A stretch of DNA of 64,000 nucleotides from Candidatus Cloacimonadota bacterium (GCA_035363155.1 DAOSEN010000002.1:209700-273699); one strand, 5' to 3'. Shown: positions 53,784-63,392, counted from the first letter of the stretch. The notes: a model not told the origin generated them from the letters alone. Numbers and translations are program-made.

Positions 53784-56117
53784 ATGAATAAATATTCAGT
53801 GATAATACTGATGTGGATAGCACTGGGGGCTTGTTCAATAAAGGCAGGGATAATCGTAGTCGCGTCCGATGGCTCGGGTCAAGTTTCATCAATTCAATCG
53901 GGGATAAATATGGCTGCAGTTGGTGATACTGTGCTACTCTCACATGGAGTATGGTCTGGAGTTGCGGTTATCGACAATAAACCCATAACAATTGGAAGTT
54001 ACTACATTATTGATGGCGATACTACTCATATTACTCAAACTATCATAGATGGGGAAGACACACGAACTGGCATTATCATCAAAAACTGTGGTGGGGCTGT
54101 CGATACTCTAAGTGTAATTGGCTTAACAATAAGAAATTGCAGGAGTAATTGGTACCCCCATACATCTGATTACTCCATTGGGGGTGGCATTGGCATTGGA
54201 TTATCTGTAGTTAACGTGACAAGATGCGTGATTTATCATAATAGAGCCTATTTTGGAGGAGGGATAGGAGTTTCTCGATCATTTGTATATCTATATGGCA
54301 ATGAGATATACTCTAACAATGCCATTACATCGGGTGGAGGATTAAGTGGGCTTGGTTATAACAACATGTACATCTACTTCGATACCGAACGCCGTAACAG
54401 TATATATCTTAATAATGCCTCAAGAGGTTGTGATATCAGTTATGCATACGACAACATTCCTACCTCAGTTTATCTCAATAGAGGATCAGTTGACTATTTA
54501 AACCAGTATTTCTATTTTCTCCCCGATCAAACACCCGTATTCATCAATCAGCCTATGATTGTACAGGTTAACCAGGATCTTTGGGTCAGTCCCGATGGAG
54601 ATAATGATAATGACGGAGCATCTCCCCAAACGCCTTTACAAAATATCTCTTATGCTTTATCTAAGATACAGACATCCAGTAACACTACCCGCACAATTAA
54701 TGTGATGCCGGGGGTGTATTCTTGGAGTCAAACCGGTGAAGCTTTGCCTCTGCAACTGAAGAGTTACGTAAATTTGATTGGCTCAGCAATGGATGATGTC
54801 ATACTTGATGCTGAGCAATACGGAACATTTATCAGCGGAAGAGATGCTCAGGACTATATGAGTATTAAAAACATGACTTTGACTAACGGACACTCAACAC
54901 ATTATTATTTATTCTATCTGGACGTTGTTGTGAGTGGCAACACCAATGATATAACCGTGGAGAACATCCATATAAGAGACTCATGGGCTAAATCCGCAGC
55001 TTTAGTAATCGCATCCTGTTATAATATTACAGTAAACAATCTCATCATAGAGGATTCGCAGGTGGGGATTGGATTCTTTATATCTTGTTATGAGACTGGA
55101 TACTTTTCGAATTTCAGGGTGCAACGGCTAAGCCCCACAAACATAGACGCATACAATACATTCTGCCAGAGTGGAGGTATACAAAAGCCGTTAAGCGCTT
55201 CATCGCTTTATACTATCATCAATATATCTAACTTCTTGATAACGGATAACGTTGATACTTCTCAATTTTGGGAGAATATGACAAGTGGTTTGGCAATCAG
55301 TGTAGAGGGCGGAAACTGCGACTTGAATGTTAACAACTGCACCATAGCCAACAATAGCACTACAACCGAAGGTGCAGGATTCGGAATAAACTTGGAGAAT
55401 TGTAATGCGCAAGTGACTAATACTATAATCTCGGGAAACACTCCCTACGAAGTGGCAATGTTCTCTTATGACGAATCCACCTTTGCTGATGTTTCATTTA
55501 ACAATTGCCTCGTAACTGGCGGTAGCGATAGCTTCTTTGTCTTGGGTGGGGACATTACCCATACTTGGGCAGATGGCAATATGTTTGGATCTCCGTCTTT
55601 TCTGGGTGGAGATACTGACGATCCATTGTATTACAGCCTTGCAACAAATTCACCTTGTATAGACACTGGCACACCAGACACAACAGGGCTTGATCTCCCC
55701 CTCTACGATCTTGCGGGTAACTGGCGAATATGGAATGGTAGGATAGATATGGGCTGCTATGAATACGGTTCTGAGCCGTGGGTAAGCAATGATGATCCGG
55801 TAGTACCGGAGATACCGGCCATAAAACTGGTCGCATATCCCAATCCCTTCCAGACGTTTTCTAACATCAAAATATCTATACCGATTGAATACAGCAACAA
55901 AATGACTGGCATAAGTGAAGCGAGCATTGATATTTATAACATCAAAGGCCAGAAAGTGAAGGCGTTTTCCTTTGACCCAAGAAGTTCCCTCGAACAGGTC
56001 ATAACGTGGGATGGTAAGGATCAAAATGGAAACAACTGCCCCAGTGGTCTATACATTATAAATCTCACAATAGCCGGTGAACATGTAGCAAACAGAAAAG
56101 TAACTCTAGTTAAGTAG
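53784..56117 (+). CDS. Secreted right-handed beta-helix protein with a T9SS C-terminal domain (transposon cargo)
   Basis: Signal peptide present. Beta-helix context LTIRNC..GGGIGI..GGGIGV. The C-terminus is AYPNPFQTFSNIKISIP..IDIYNIKGQKV..GLYIINLT..RKVTLVK. Confidence 0.8.
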   Translation: MNKYSVIILMWIALGACSIKAGIIVVASDGSGQVSSIQSGINMAAVGDTVLLSHGVWSGVAVIDNKPITIGSYYIIDGDTTHITQTIIDGEDTRTGIIIKNCGGAVDTLSVIGLTIRNCRSNWYPHTSDYSIGGGIGIGLSVVNVTRCVIYHNRAYFGGGIGVSRSFVYLYGNEIYSNNAITSGGGLSGLGYNNMYIYFDTERRNSIYLNNASRGCDISYAYDNIPTSVYLNRGSVDYLNQYFYFLPDQTPVFINQPMIVQVNQDLWVSPDGDNDNDGASPQTPLQNISYALSKIQTSSNTTRTINVMPGVYSWSQTGEALPLQLKSYVNLIGSAMDDVILDAEQYGTFISGRDAQDYMSIKNMTLTNGHSTHYYLFYLDVVVSGNTNDITVENIHIRDSWAKSAALVIASCYNITVNNLIIEDSQVGIGFFISCYETGYFSNFRVQRLSPTNIDAYNTFCQSGGIQKPLSASSLYTIINISNFLITDNVDTSQFWENMTSGLAISVEGGNCDLNVNNCTIANNSTTTEGAGFGINLENCNAQVTNTIISGNTPYEVAMFSYDESTFADVSFNNCLVTGGSDSFFVLGGDITHTWADGNMFGSPSFLGGDTDDPLYYSLATNSPCIDTGTPDTTGLDLPLYDLAGNWRIWNGRIDMGCYEYGSEPWVSNDDPVVPEIPAIKLVAYPNPFQTFSNIKISIPIEYSNKMTGISEASIDIYNIKGQKVKAFSFDPRSSLEQVITWDGKDQNGNNCPSGLYIINLTIAGEHVANRKVTLVK

Positions 56118-56532
56118 TAAAATTGCCGTTTATATCGCCATTTCATAGAAGAGGCTGAGTGGCTGAGAAAACAGCACTGCAGTTTCATCTTATCTGCCCC
56201 ATACTTGTACAAAGGGTGAAACTGGATTCGCACAAACGGTGATAACAGATTTGCATAAAGGTTGAAACTCTGTCCGACCAAAAAACCAATCCGAAGGTAT
56301 TAGACCGATTGCTGTTGGCGAAGTTGTTCTCCGGCATATACTCCACTATTATAGTGATTCCTTTGCAGAATTTTAGTACTATCTCTTCATTAAGCCACTC
56401 GAACATATTTTCACGTATGGTCAGGGCAGCAATTTTGGTCTGAAATCATAATATCCAAAAATAAACCCCCAAAAGTCGGCACCAAGTCTTAGAATCTCCG
56501 TCTAACATATAAACGCTTTAAAAGGAGTTCGT

Positions 56533-56748
56533 ATGTTAAAGAGATCGGTGCTTGTTCTGGCAGTGCTGTTCGTCATCACGTTTTTGGCGGCTTCAGAGAT
56601 TGATTACTCAGCGATAGACCCATTCACGCTACCTGAGTATCTGGGTTCGCTAAACGACCCAGGAGTTGAGATCAGGTATGAGGATTCCGAAGGTGAGTAC
56701 ATCATAATCGAAATTGGCGACATCATTTATGTATTCTATGCCCTGTAA
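56533..56748 (+). CDS. Small (71 aa) secreted or membrane-anchored hypothetical protein
   Basis: Strong SD (AAAGGAG, 6 nt upstream) and an N-terminal hydrophobic signal, MLKRSVLVLAVLFVITFLAAS. Confidence 0.5.
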   Translation: MLKRSVLVLAVLFVITFLAASEIDYSAIDPFTLPEYLGSLNDPGVEIRYEDSEGEYIIIEIGDIIYVFYAL

Positions 56749-56898
56749 AGTCTTGGGGCATATCTCAAATATTGATTCTGCCACAAAACCTCAATAGAGT
56801 GATAGAAAAGAGTACAATTAGATGTTCTTGGTTAATGTGGGAAAGAGTCAAAAGAAATCATTACCAAAACTAATATCCAACTCACAAATGGAGGAAAA

Positions 56899-57090
56899 AT
56901 GAAAAGCTACATACCCCTTAGGTCATTGCTCGTTATGGTCATGCTAATTGCAGGAACACTGTTATCTGCGACAACAGTTTACGTAGTAGTAAACGGAGTG
57001 TATCACGATAAAGGTATAATCACCATAGATGTAGTTGCCAATGATATGATGGGCATCATCTGGAATATATTTTATCCGCCTGCAGGCTGA
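56899..57090 (+). CDS. Small (63 aa) secreted or membrane-anchored hypothetical protein
   Basis: SD is TGGAGGAAAAATG. The N-terminal hydrophobic segment is LRSLLVMVMLIAGTLLSA. Confidence 0.45.
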   Translation: MKSYIPLRSLLVMVMLIAGTLLSATTVYVVVNGVYHDKGIITIDVVANDMMGIIWNIFYPPAG

Positions 57091-57164
57091 AGGGATATCC
57101 TTAACTCATAAAGTGCTATTGATGAAATAGGTACATTGCCAGTCCGGGGATTTCAGATAACTTG

Positions 57165-57305
57165 ATACTGGATTTGCAGAAACCCTGATACTGGATTTGC
57201 AAAAACCCTGATACCAATTTGCAGAAATCCTGATACTGGGGTCTCACTAAAAACAGCGATTTGCAGCTAAAGTGATACTATTTGCAGATTTACTTGATAC
57301 TCTAT
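57165..57305. repeat. Distal transposon end with closely packed GATAC..ATTTGCAG sites
   Basis: Three head-to-tail 23-bp units, (C)CTGATAC(TGG/CAA)ATTTGCA(G/A)AAA(C/T), at about 57170, 57193 and 57216. Further copies lie at 57238 (partial), 57281 and the terminal 57292-57305. Confidence 0.75.
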
Positions 57306-57444
57306 AAGTAGATTGTTGGCTGCATGGCTGGAGGAAAGCCTTCGGCTGTTTTTTACTTGACAATCCTGCATAACGATCAAATCTGTAAAATAGTATAACA
57401 GGCTTTCAATAGTAAGAAAAATCGATCCTCGCCAAGGAGAATAT

Positions 57445-58524
57445 ATGAAACAAGCTGCATTCTTCCTGCTTATGCTTATGCTCTGCTCGATAGCCCCTGC
57501 GCAGTCCGCACTTCAGGATTATACTTTTGCTTATTCGGTCGGTACCTATGAAGAGATCACCGGAGGCTTGCTCTTGGGGACAGAATCCAATGATGAACAG
57601 AGGTTTTTGGATTCCTTATCGTTGGATGGAAGTCAAATCATGGTTCGAGGACCTGGTTTCCCTATCGGATTTGAGTTCAGTTATGCTGGCAGTACTTTTG
57701 ATCGTCTGGCAATCAACACCAATGGCTGGATTTGCCTCGGGCAAAGTTCTTTGGGGCAATTCGCTGTTGTCATGACATCCAGTAGTTACATTAATACACC
57801 ATTAAGCACGATATCCACTACAAATTTCGGCGAAAACGTCCAGCTTGTTGCCAGAATTGCATCTTTTGCACGAGATCTGGAAGGACAACCAGGATCTTCC
57901 ATCATGATCAAGACTATAGGAACATCTCCCAATCGGATTTGTGTAGTTCAATGGAAGAATTACAGACGAAGAACTACCTCTGGAGATAGCTTCAATTTCC
58001 AGATCAGGCTGCATGAATCTAACTCCATGATTGAGCTATCTTATGGAACTATGACTGCAGCATCTTTGTTCTCCCTACAAGTGGGATTACGAGCAGCACC
58101 AATTGATCCTGTTAGTAACTTTTCCGTGAGGACTACAACAGATTCATCTGGTCACAATTGGGATCAATCTATACCGGGAATCACTGCTGGAGCAATAATG
58201 AGGATTTCACCTACCGTCTACCCCCTTCCCGGCACCAGGTTCACGTGGACTCCTCCCAGCGCATCCTCAATTCCTCTGGCTCCGCAGAATCTCAGGATCG
58301 AAATCATCGCAGCGGACGTGCATCTTAGCTGGGATGCGGTAGTTCAGGATTGCGAGGGAAATCCCATCCTTGTAGATGCTTATACCATATATTACAGTGA
58401 GAGCGCTGATCCCGAGGCTCAGTATGAGCTCCTGGGCAGCAGTGACACCACTTCCTACGTCCACGAAGGCATTGGTACTACCCAGCCCCGGGGCTTCTAT
58501 AAGGTATATGCCGTAACTTTTTGA
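57445..58524 (+). CDS. Secreted hypothetical protein with a C-terminal Fn3-like domain
   Basis: Signal peptide ..SIAPAQS and SD AAGGAG. The C-terminus is APQNLRIEII..VHLSWDAV...GFYKVYAVTF. Confidence 0.6.
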   Translation: MKQAAFFLLMLMLCSIAPAQSALQDYTFAYSVGTYEEITGGLLLGTESNDEQRFLDSLSLDGSQIMVRGPGFPIGFEFSYAGSTFDRLAINTNGWICLGQSSLGQFAVVMTSSSYINTPLSTISTTNFGENVQLVARIASFARDLEGQPGSSIMIKTIGTSPNRICVVQWKNYRRRTTSGDSFNFQIRLHESNSMIELSYGTMTAASLFSLQVGLRAAPIDPVSNFSVRTTTDSSGHNWDQSIPGITAGAIMRISPTVYPLPGTRFTWTPPSASSIPLAPQNLRIEIIAADVHLSWDAVVQDCEGNPILVDAYTIYYSESADPEAQYELLGSSDTTSYVHEGIGTTQPRGFYKVYAVTF

Positions 58525-58599
58525 TCCCAGGCGCAGCCCCTAGCGCTTCTGTTCAATCTTGGATGTGAGTCAGGATCGCATCTGAACACGTGAAAGTTC

Positions 58600-58627
58600 T
58601 TGACAGGCATTTCGACTGCGGGTATTG
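58600..58627 (+). promoter_or_regulatory. Putative promoter: TTGACA, 19 nt, TTG
   Basis: TCTTGACAGGC...GGGTATTGG lies 31 nt upstream of the ATG at 58658. Confidence 0.35.
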
Positions 58628-58657
58628 GTAAAAGTAAAGAATATTCTGGAGGAACCC

Positions 58658-61600
58658 ATGCGCAAGGTATTACTTACAGCTATATTGCTGGCATGTATGG
58701 CGGCCATATATGGGCAGCCGGTTTTTACCGATGAGACACATCCTATCCCTGGAGTGTACAAGGGTTCAGTAGCCTGGGGAGATTATGATGGGGATGGTGA
58801 TCTGGATCTTTTGATCGCCGGTCAGATCTCCGCTGAAGCATCTATCATGCGGATTTACCGCAATGATGCAGGGAGTTTTGTGGATATCGGAGCTGGGTTT
58901 CCAGGCTTTTCCTCTGCCTCTGTAGCATGGGGGGATTATGATAATGACGGGGATTTGGATTTTGCCGTTTTAGGTCTATCCGGTGGGCTGCCAGTTACCC
59001 GGATTTACAATAACTCCGGAGGTGAGTTTTCACCTCATGTCTCGGCAGCATTGATCGGCCTTGATAGTGGTGCTCTTGCCTGGGGCGATGCAGACAGTGA
59101 TGGGGATTTGGATCTTATGATCACTGGCAAGGACGTCTCGGGAACTCCACGCACATATATCTACATCAATGTCTTGGGAGCTTTCTCCACTTTTACCACA
59201 ATTGCCTCGGGAGTGTGGAATTCCAGCGTCGCCTGGGGTGATTTTGACAATGATGGGGATCTGGATTTTGTGATCAGCGGAGCCACAGCTTCAGGAGAGA
59301 TCACGGAAATCTGGCGCAATACCAATGGTGTTTTTGCCAAGCTGACTACTGGCACTACCGCAATCCTGGGTGTTTCGCTTTCCAGTCTTGCCTGGGCGGA
59401 TTTTGATAATGATGGGGATCTGGATCTGATCGTAGCGGGAAAGCGGATTACCAGCTATTTCACCAAAATCTACCGCAACGATCTGGTGGGGACTACCTCC
59501 ACTTTCGTGGATCTGGGGGTGGATTTGCCAGGCGTCCAAAATGCCTCGCTGGCCATGGGTGATTATGACAACGATGGGGATCTGGACCTCCTGCTTACAG
59601 GCGAGTACACTGATGGCACGATCAATACCAATATCAGTCGGATCTATAGAAACAACAATTTTATCTTCTTTCATGATACTACCAACAGCATCCCCGGTGT
59701 AAGGCTATCCAATGTGGCTTGGGGCGATTACGACGGGGATGGGGATCTGGACATTGCGATGTGTGGATTGGACAATTCCGGAGTGCCAATCACAAAGATC
59801 TACAAAAATGGCAGTGCGGTGGTGAATGCTGCACCCTCGGCTCCCACAGGACTGAGTATGGTAAAGGTAGGCAGTGGAGCTACTGCATACCTGATGTTTT
59901 CCTGGAACCCCGGCACCGATGCCATTACTCCCCAGGCAGGCTTGTCTTATGTACTCCGGATTGGTTATACTTCAGGGGGCATCCAGATCGTAGCCCCTCA
60001 TGCCAATAGCGCTGGAACCCGCTTGAGACCGGGACGGGGATTTGCCAATAGCACCTGTTTCTGGTATGTGAAAGCCAGCGCCATGCCCTATGGAGATTTC
60101 TACTGGAGTGTGCAAGCCATAGATGGCGCTTTCAGGGGATCCGAGTGGGCTACACAGCAATCCTTCAATGGAGGCCGGGTCATCGCTCCCAATGGTGGAG
60201 AAAACTGGCGTACCAATACCAACCGCCATGTGTACTGGTATTCCCTTTCCGATGTGACAAATTCCAACATCTATCTTTCTACAAACAACGGCGTAAGCTG
60301 GACCCTGCAAACTCCCACGCCTGTGGTTAGCGATCTGGGACGTTATCAGATCACTCTGCCCGGCACCCCTTCCACCCAATGCCTGGTCAAGATCGAAGAT
60401 GCTGCCAATCCCGCTCTGAAAGATATCAGCGATGCTGTGTTTACGATCAGTACCACTGCTCCTTTTGTATCCCTGACCTCTCAAAACGAACTGGCTGGCA
60501 AGCTGCAGGTAGGCAAACAATACTATGTAACCTGGCAGTACAGCGGCATCACAAATCTGAGGCTGGAACTCAGCACAGATGAAGGCCAAAGCTGGACACA
60601 ACTGGCTGGCCCGCTCAATGCTGCCTTGGGATATTATATCCTCACTGTTCCAGATAATGTGGCACCTTTGTGTTATCTGCGGATCTCAGATTTTGCCGAT
60701 CCCCAGAATTACGATTGGAACGACAATCCCTTCTCGATCGTGAAATTGGAGCTGCTCTTCCCGAATCAAGGAGACCATGTACAGACCAATCCGCCATCGA
60801 CCAACAAACTGAGCGTAAGCTGGCTGGTGGTTCCCAATAACAATATCACCAAGCTCAAGATTGAACTGAGCCTGGATAATGGCGATACCTGGCTTTCATT
60901 GACTTCATCTACGGATTACATCAATGGTACCTATGCCGGCACCATTCCTTCCGGCACGATCAGCAATCAATGCCTGGTAAGGATATCTGATATTGCCGTG
61001 GCTGATCTGGGCATCATGGATCAATCCGATGGACCCTTTGTGATTGCATCCCTGGTTGTCACTTCCCCCAATACCAGTGTAAGATTGCAGATGGGAAAGC
61101 AGTACCCCATTACCTGGAATCAGGCCGGCATAAGCTCCTCACTCAGCATCCAGTACACACCTGCCTATTCAGCTTCGGGTAGTGCCTGGATCACCATTGC
61201 CGACAATGTGGATCCTGCTGCCCTACAGTATCTTTGGACTGTGCCGACCCTGGAAGCAGCTACCACCGCTTGCCGGATCAGGATCATCCGCATGGGGCAG
61301 GAAAGTTTCAATGACATCAGCGATGCCAATTTCTCTATCGTGCATATCAAGCTCCTGGCTCCCAATGGCGGTGAGGAGTGGTATTATCCGCCTACCCGGC
61401 TCATCGAGTGGGAAGCTTTGGGTATTGCTACTACCAGAATCGAGATCAGCATGGATTTGGGAGAGACTTGGTCTGTGATTGCCAGCTCTGTTACTACCGT
61501 TAATGGACTTAATAGCTACAATTGGACGGCTGATCAGTATAATGGCCAGGCTCTGATCCGGGTGAAAGATACCAGTTCTACTGCAATAGATGTATTTGAC

Positions 61601-62893
61601 ATCAGTGACAATCCCTTCACAATGCTGCAACGCATTCAGGTGCTGAGACCCAATGGCGGTGAAACCATCATCCGGGGAACGGTTTACAATATTACCTGGC
61701 GAGTTGTCGATGATCCAGGTATCCAAACTGTGTCCATTCACTACACCTCAAACGCCACCGCTTCTCCTGTCACCTGGACCCAGATTGTGCTCAGCACGCC
61801 TGCAAGTTCTGGCTCTTATGCCTGGAACGTACCAGCAGGAGCTACGCTCAGTACCAGATACAAAATCCGAATCCGCAGATACCCCAGTGCCTCACCATCT
61901 ATAGAAGATACTTCAGACAATATGTTTACTGTGGCTACAGCAATCCCGCCTGTTGATTTCAGTGGTGTACCCACCAGTGGTTTTATGCCTCTGGCAGTGC
62001 AGTTTACCGATCTCACGCCCATGCTTTCAGCCCCCATTACGAGCTGGCAGTGGAATTTTGGTGATGGCGGTACCTCTACTGAGCAAAATCCGCTCTATAC
62101 CTACCAGAATCCTGGAACCTTCAGTGTGAGCCTTACTGTGGACAACGATCTCGATGCACCGCGTAGCCTGACCAAGACCAACTACATCGAAGTATGGCCA
62201 AATTACGCTCAGATCTCCCTACTCAGTGAGCCACCCCTGAAGTTTTATGCCAATGTGGGGCAAACCACGGGCTGGAAAGAAGTGAGGATCAAAAACACCG
62301 GCACAGCAAACCTCCTGATTTCATCGATCCAAAGCTCTCAACCCGTATTCCAATGGCAATTTGCCAATCTGAATACTCCGATTCCACCCGAGACTGAACA
62401 GGTGATTCTGGTAAGGTTTGCACCCAATTCTACTACACCAGTTCAGGCAAATCTGACCATCAATAGCAATGCTCAGGAAACCCCTGCTCTGCAAGTGAGC
62501 CTGATCGGCAATGATGTGCCGGAGGTGGTACCGGATTTGAGCGTGGAGATCATCGATGAAAGCGCTGTACTCACCTGGAGTCCGGTAACCTTATCTGTCC
62601 TGGGGAATCAAGTTGCCCCGGATCTTTATGTGATCGAATACAATGAAATGCCGGATGAAAACAGCCAGTATTATTACTATCTGGGGGCCACTCCGCAGAC
62701 CACCTTTACACACTATCTGGTAGCCCGGTTTGCAGACCAGATGTTTTACCGGGTCAAAGCCGTGATGAATCTCACCCGGGATCAAATCGATTACCTGGTG
62801 GCGGGGACGGAAAGAATTGAAAGGATCACCTGGGAGGAGATGAAGACCAGACTGGATGGACTCAAAACAGATCACCCGAGAGATAAAGATTGA
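58658..62893 (+). CDS. Giant secreted FG-GAP/VCBS-repeat protein with Ig-like, PKD and Fn3-like domains
   Basis: At least 8 repeats of ..(V/L)AWGD(Y/F)D(N/G)DGDLD(L/F).. are present. The PKD module is PLAVQFTDLT..WQWNFGDGGTSTEQNPLYTYQNPGTFSVSLTV. The start is taken at MRKVLL (58658), which has a GGAGG SD. Confidence 0.85.
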   Translation: MRKVLLTAILLACMAAIYGQPVFTDETHPIPGVYKGSVAWGDYDGDGDLDLLIAGQISAEASIMRIYRNDAGSFVDIGAGFPGFSSASVAWGDYDNDGDLDFAVLGLSGGLPVTRIYNNSGGEFSPHVSAALIGLDSGALAWGDADSDGDLDLMITGKDVSGTPRTYIYINVLGAFSTFTTIASGVWNSSVAWGDFDNDGDLDFVISGATASGEITEIWRNTNGVFAKLTTGTTAILGVSLSSLAWADFDNDGDLDLIVAGKRITSYFTKIYRNDLVGTTSTFVDLGVDLPGVQNASLAMGDYDNDGDLDLLLTGEYTDGTINTNISRIYRNNNFIFFHDTTNSIPGVRLSNVAWGDYDGDGDLDIAMCGLDNSGVPITKIYKNGSAVVNAAPSAPTGLSMVKVGSGATAYLMFSWNPGTDAITPQAGLSYVLRIGYTSGGIQIVAPHANSAGTRLRPGRGFANSTCFWYVKASAMPYGDFYWSVQAIDGAFRGSEWATQQSFNGGRVIAPNGGENWRTNTNRHVYWYSLSDVTNSNIYLSTNNGVSWTLQTPTPVVSDLGRYQITLPGTPSTQCLVKIEDAANPALKDISDAVFTISTTAPFVSLTSQNELAGKLQVGKQYYVTWQYSGITNLRLELSTDEGQSWTQLAGPLNAALGYYILTVPDNVAPLCYLRISDFADPQNYDWNDNPFSIVKLELLFPNQGDHVQTNPPSTNKLSVSWLVVPNNNITKLKIELSLDNGDTWLSLTSSTDYINGTYAGTIPSGTISNQCLVRISDIAVADLGIMDQSDGPFVIASLVVTSPNTSVRLQMGKQYPITWNQAGISSSLSIQYTPAYSASGSAWITIADNVDPAALQYLWTVPTLEAATTACRIRIIRMGQESFNDISDANFSIVHIKLLAPNGGEEWYYPPTRLIEWEALGIATTRIEISMDLGETWSVIASSVTTVNGLNSYNWTADQYNGQALIRVKDTSSTAIDVFDISDNPFTMLQRIQVLRPNGGETIIRGTVYNITWRVVDDPGIQTVSIHYTSNATASPVTWTQIVLSTPASSGSYAWNVPAGATLSTRYKIRIRRYPSASPSIEDTSDNMFTVATAIPPVDFSGVPTSGFMPLAVQFTDLTPMLSAPITSWQWNFGDGGTSTEQNPLYTYQNPGTFSVSLTVDNDLDAPRSLTKTNYIEVWPNYAQISLLSEPPLKFYANVGQTTGWKEVRIKNTGTANLLISSIQSSQPVFQWQFANLNTPIPPETEQVILVRFAPNSTTPVQANLTINSNAQETPALQVSLIGNDVPEVVPDLSVEIIDESAVLTWSPVTLSVLGNQVAPDLYVIEYNEMPDENSQYYYYLGATPQTTFTHYLVARFADQMFYRVKAVMNLTRDQIDYLVAGTERIERITWEEMKTRLDGLKTDHPRDKD

Positions 62894-63053
62894 TTCCTGC
62901 GGGATTCTTGACTGAACTCATATTGATCAAAGTGATGAAGAGCCTCTCCTTAGGGGGAGGCTCTTTCCGATGGCATCAAATATTCTGAGCTGTGTCAACA
63001 CCTGTTCCGGAGGATAAATCCCCTGGACATGGCAGTATTACTGAATGGGCGTT

Positions 63054-63142
63054 TTGATCTACCCATCACCCCAACCCTCTCCCGCATCCACCCCAAAACT
63101 TCGTAAACTCCGCTTTGGAGACCCCGGCAAGGGGAGAGGGAG
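63054..63142. repeat. Second copy of the CCCTCTCCC...GGGAGAGGG dispersed repeat
   Basis: The 63075-63142 core matches 20042-20109 at 67 of 68 positions. Confidence 0.85.
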
Positions 63143-63296
63143 TTGCAAAACTCATGTCGAAGGGATTACATTCTTCAAGGAAACAAGGCACATTGATACC
63201 CTCTCGGGTATATGCACATTGAAACATGCTCTCCAAAAATCGATTGTTTTATAACTCTTTCTCCATCAACAGGCTCTATCGTGTTCAACTCAGGTT

Positions 63297-63338
63297 CACC
63301 TCGAGATCACCTCGAGTACTCGAGGTGATCTCGAGATG
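63297..63338. repeat. Second copy of the CTCGAG-rich palindrome
   Basis: CACCTCGAGATCACCTCGAG-TA-CTCGAGGTGATCTCGAGATG, related to 19816-19867. Confidence 0.75.
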
Positions 63339-63392
63339 AAGACGACTTAAACGCGTATCAAAATAGTTACTTAGTTACTGGCTGTGTGTTGC

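Larger units (their letters stand above)
47130..57305 (+). mobile_element. 10,176-bp Mu/Tn7/Tn5053-superfamily transposon with a 5-bp target-site duplication
   Basis: - Imperfect terminal inverted repeats: TATAAAGTATCACCCAAACCTGCAAATGGGTATCAC (47130 onward) versus the reverse complement of the other end, TATAGAGTATCAAGTAAATCTGCAAATAGTATCAC (57305 downward).
- AGTAG lies at 47125-47129 and again at 57306-57310.
- Internal DDE transposase and AAA+ genes are present. Confidence 0.8.

Noticed and set aside
56021-56406. Minus-strand ORFs 56021..56281 and 56185..56406, considered as a possible transposase fragment inside the transposon
   Set aside because: I recognise no motif. The ORFs are short, overlap each other and lie in AT-rich DNA. 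I cannot support a call without a database search.
215-60601. Long antisense or alternative-frame ORFs inside strong genes. Examples: 215..919(-), 2983..3987(-), 7527..8201(-), 14394..15146(-), 18130..18942(-), 32599..33318(+), 34211..34855(+), 39585..40346(+), 44137..45159(-), 46006..46998(-), 59972..60601(-)
   Set aside because: Each is fully shadowed by an ORF on the other strand or frame that has clear family motifs. The shadows have no recognisable motifs and show composition typical of antisense reading.
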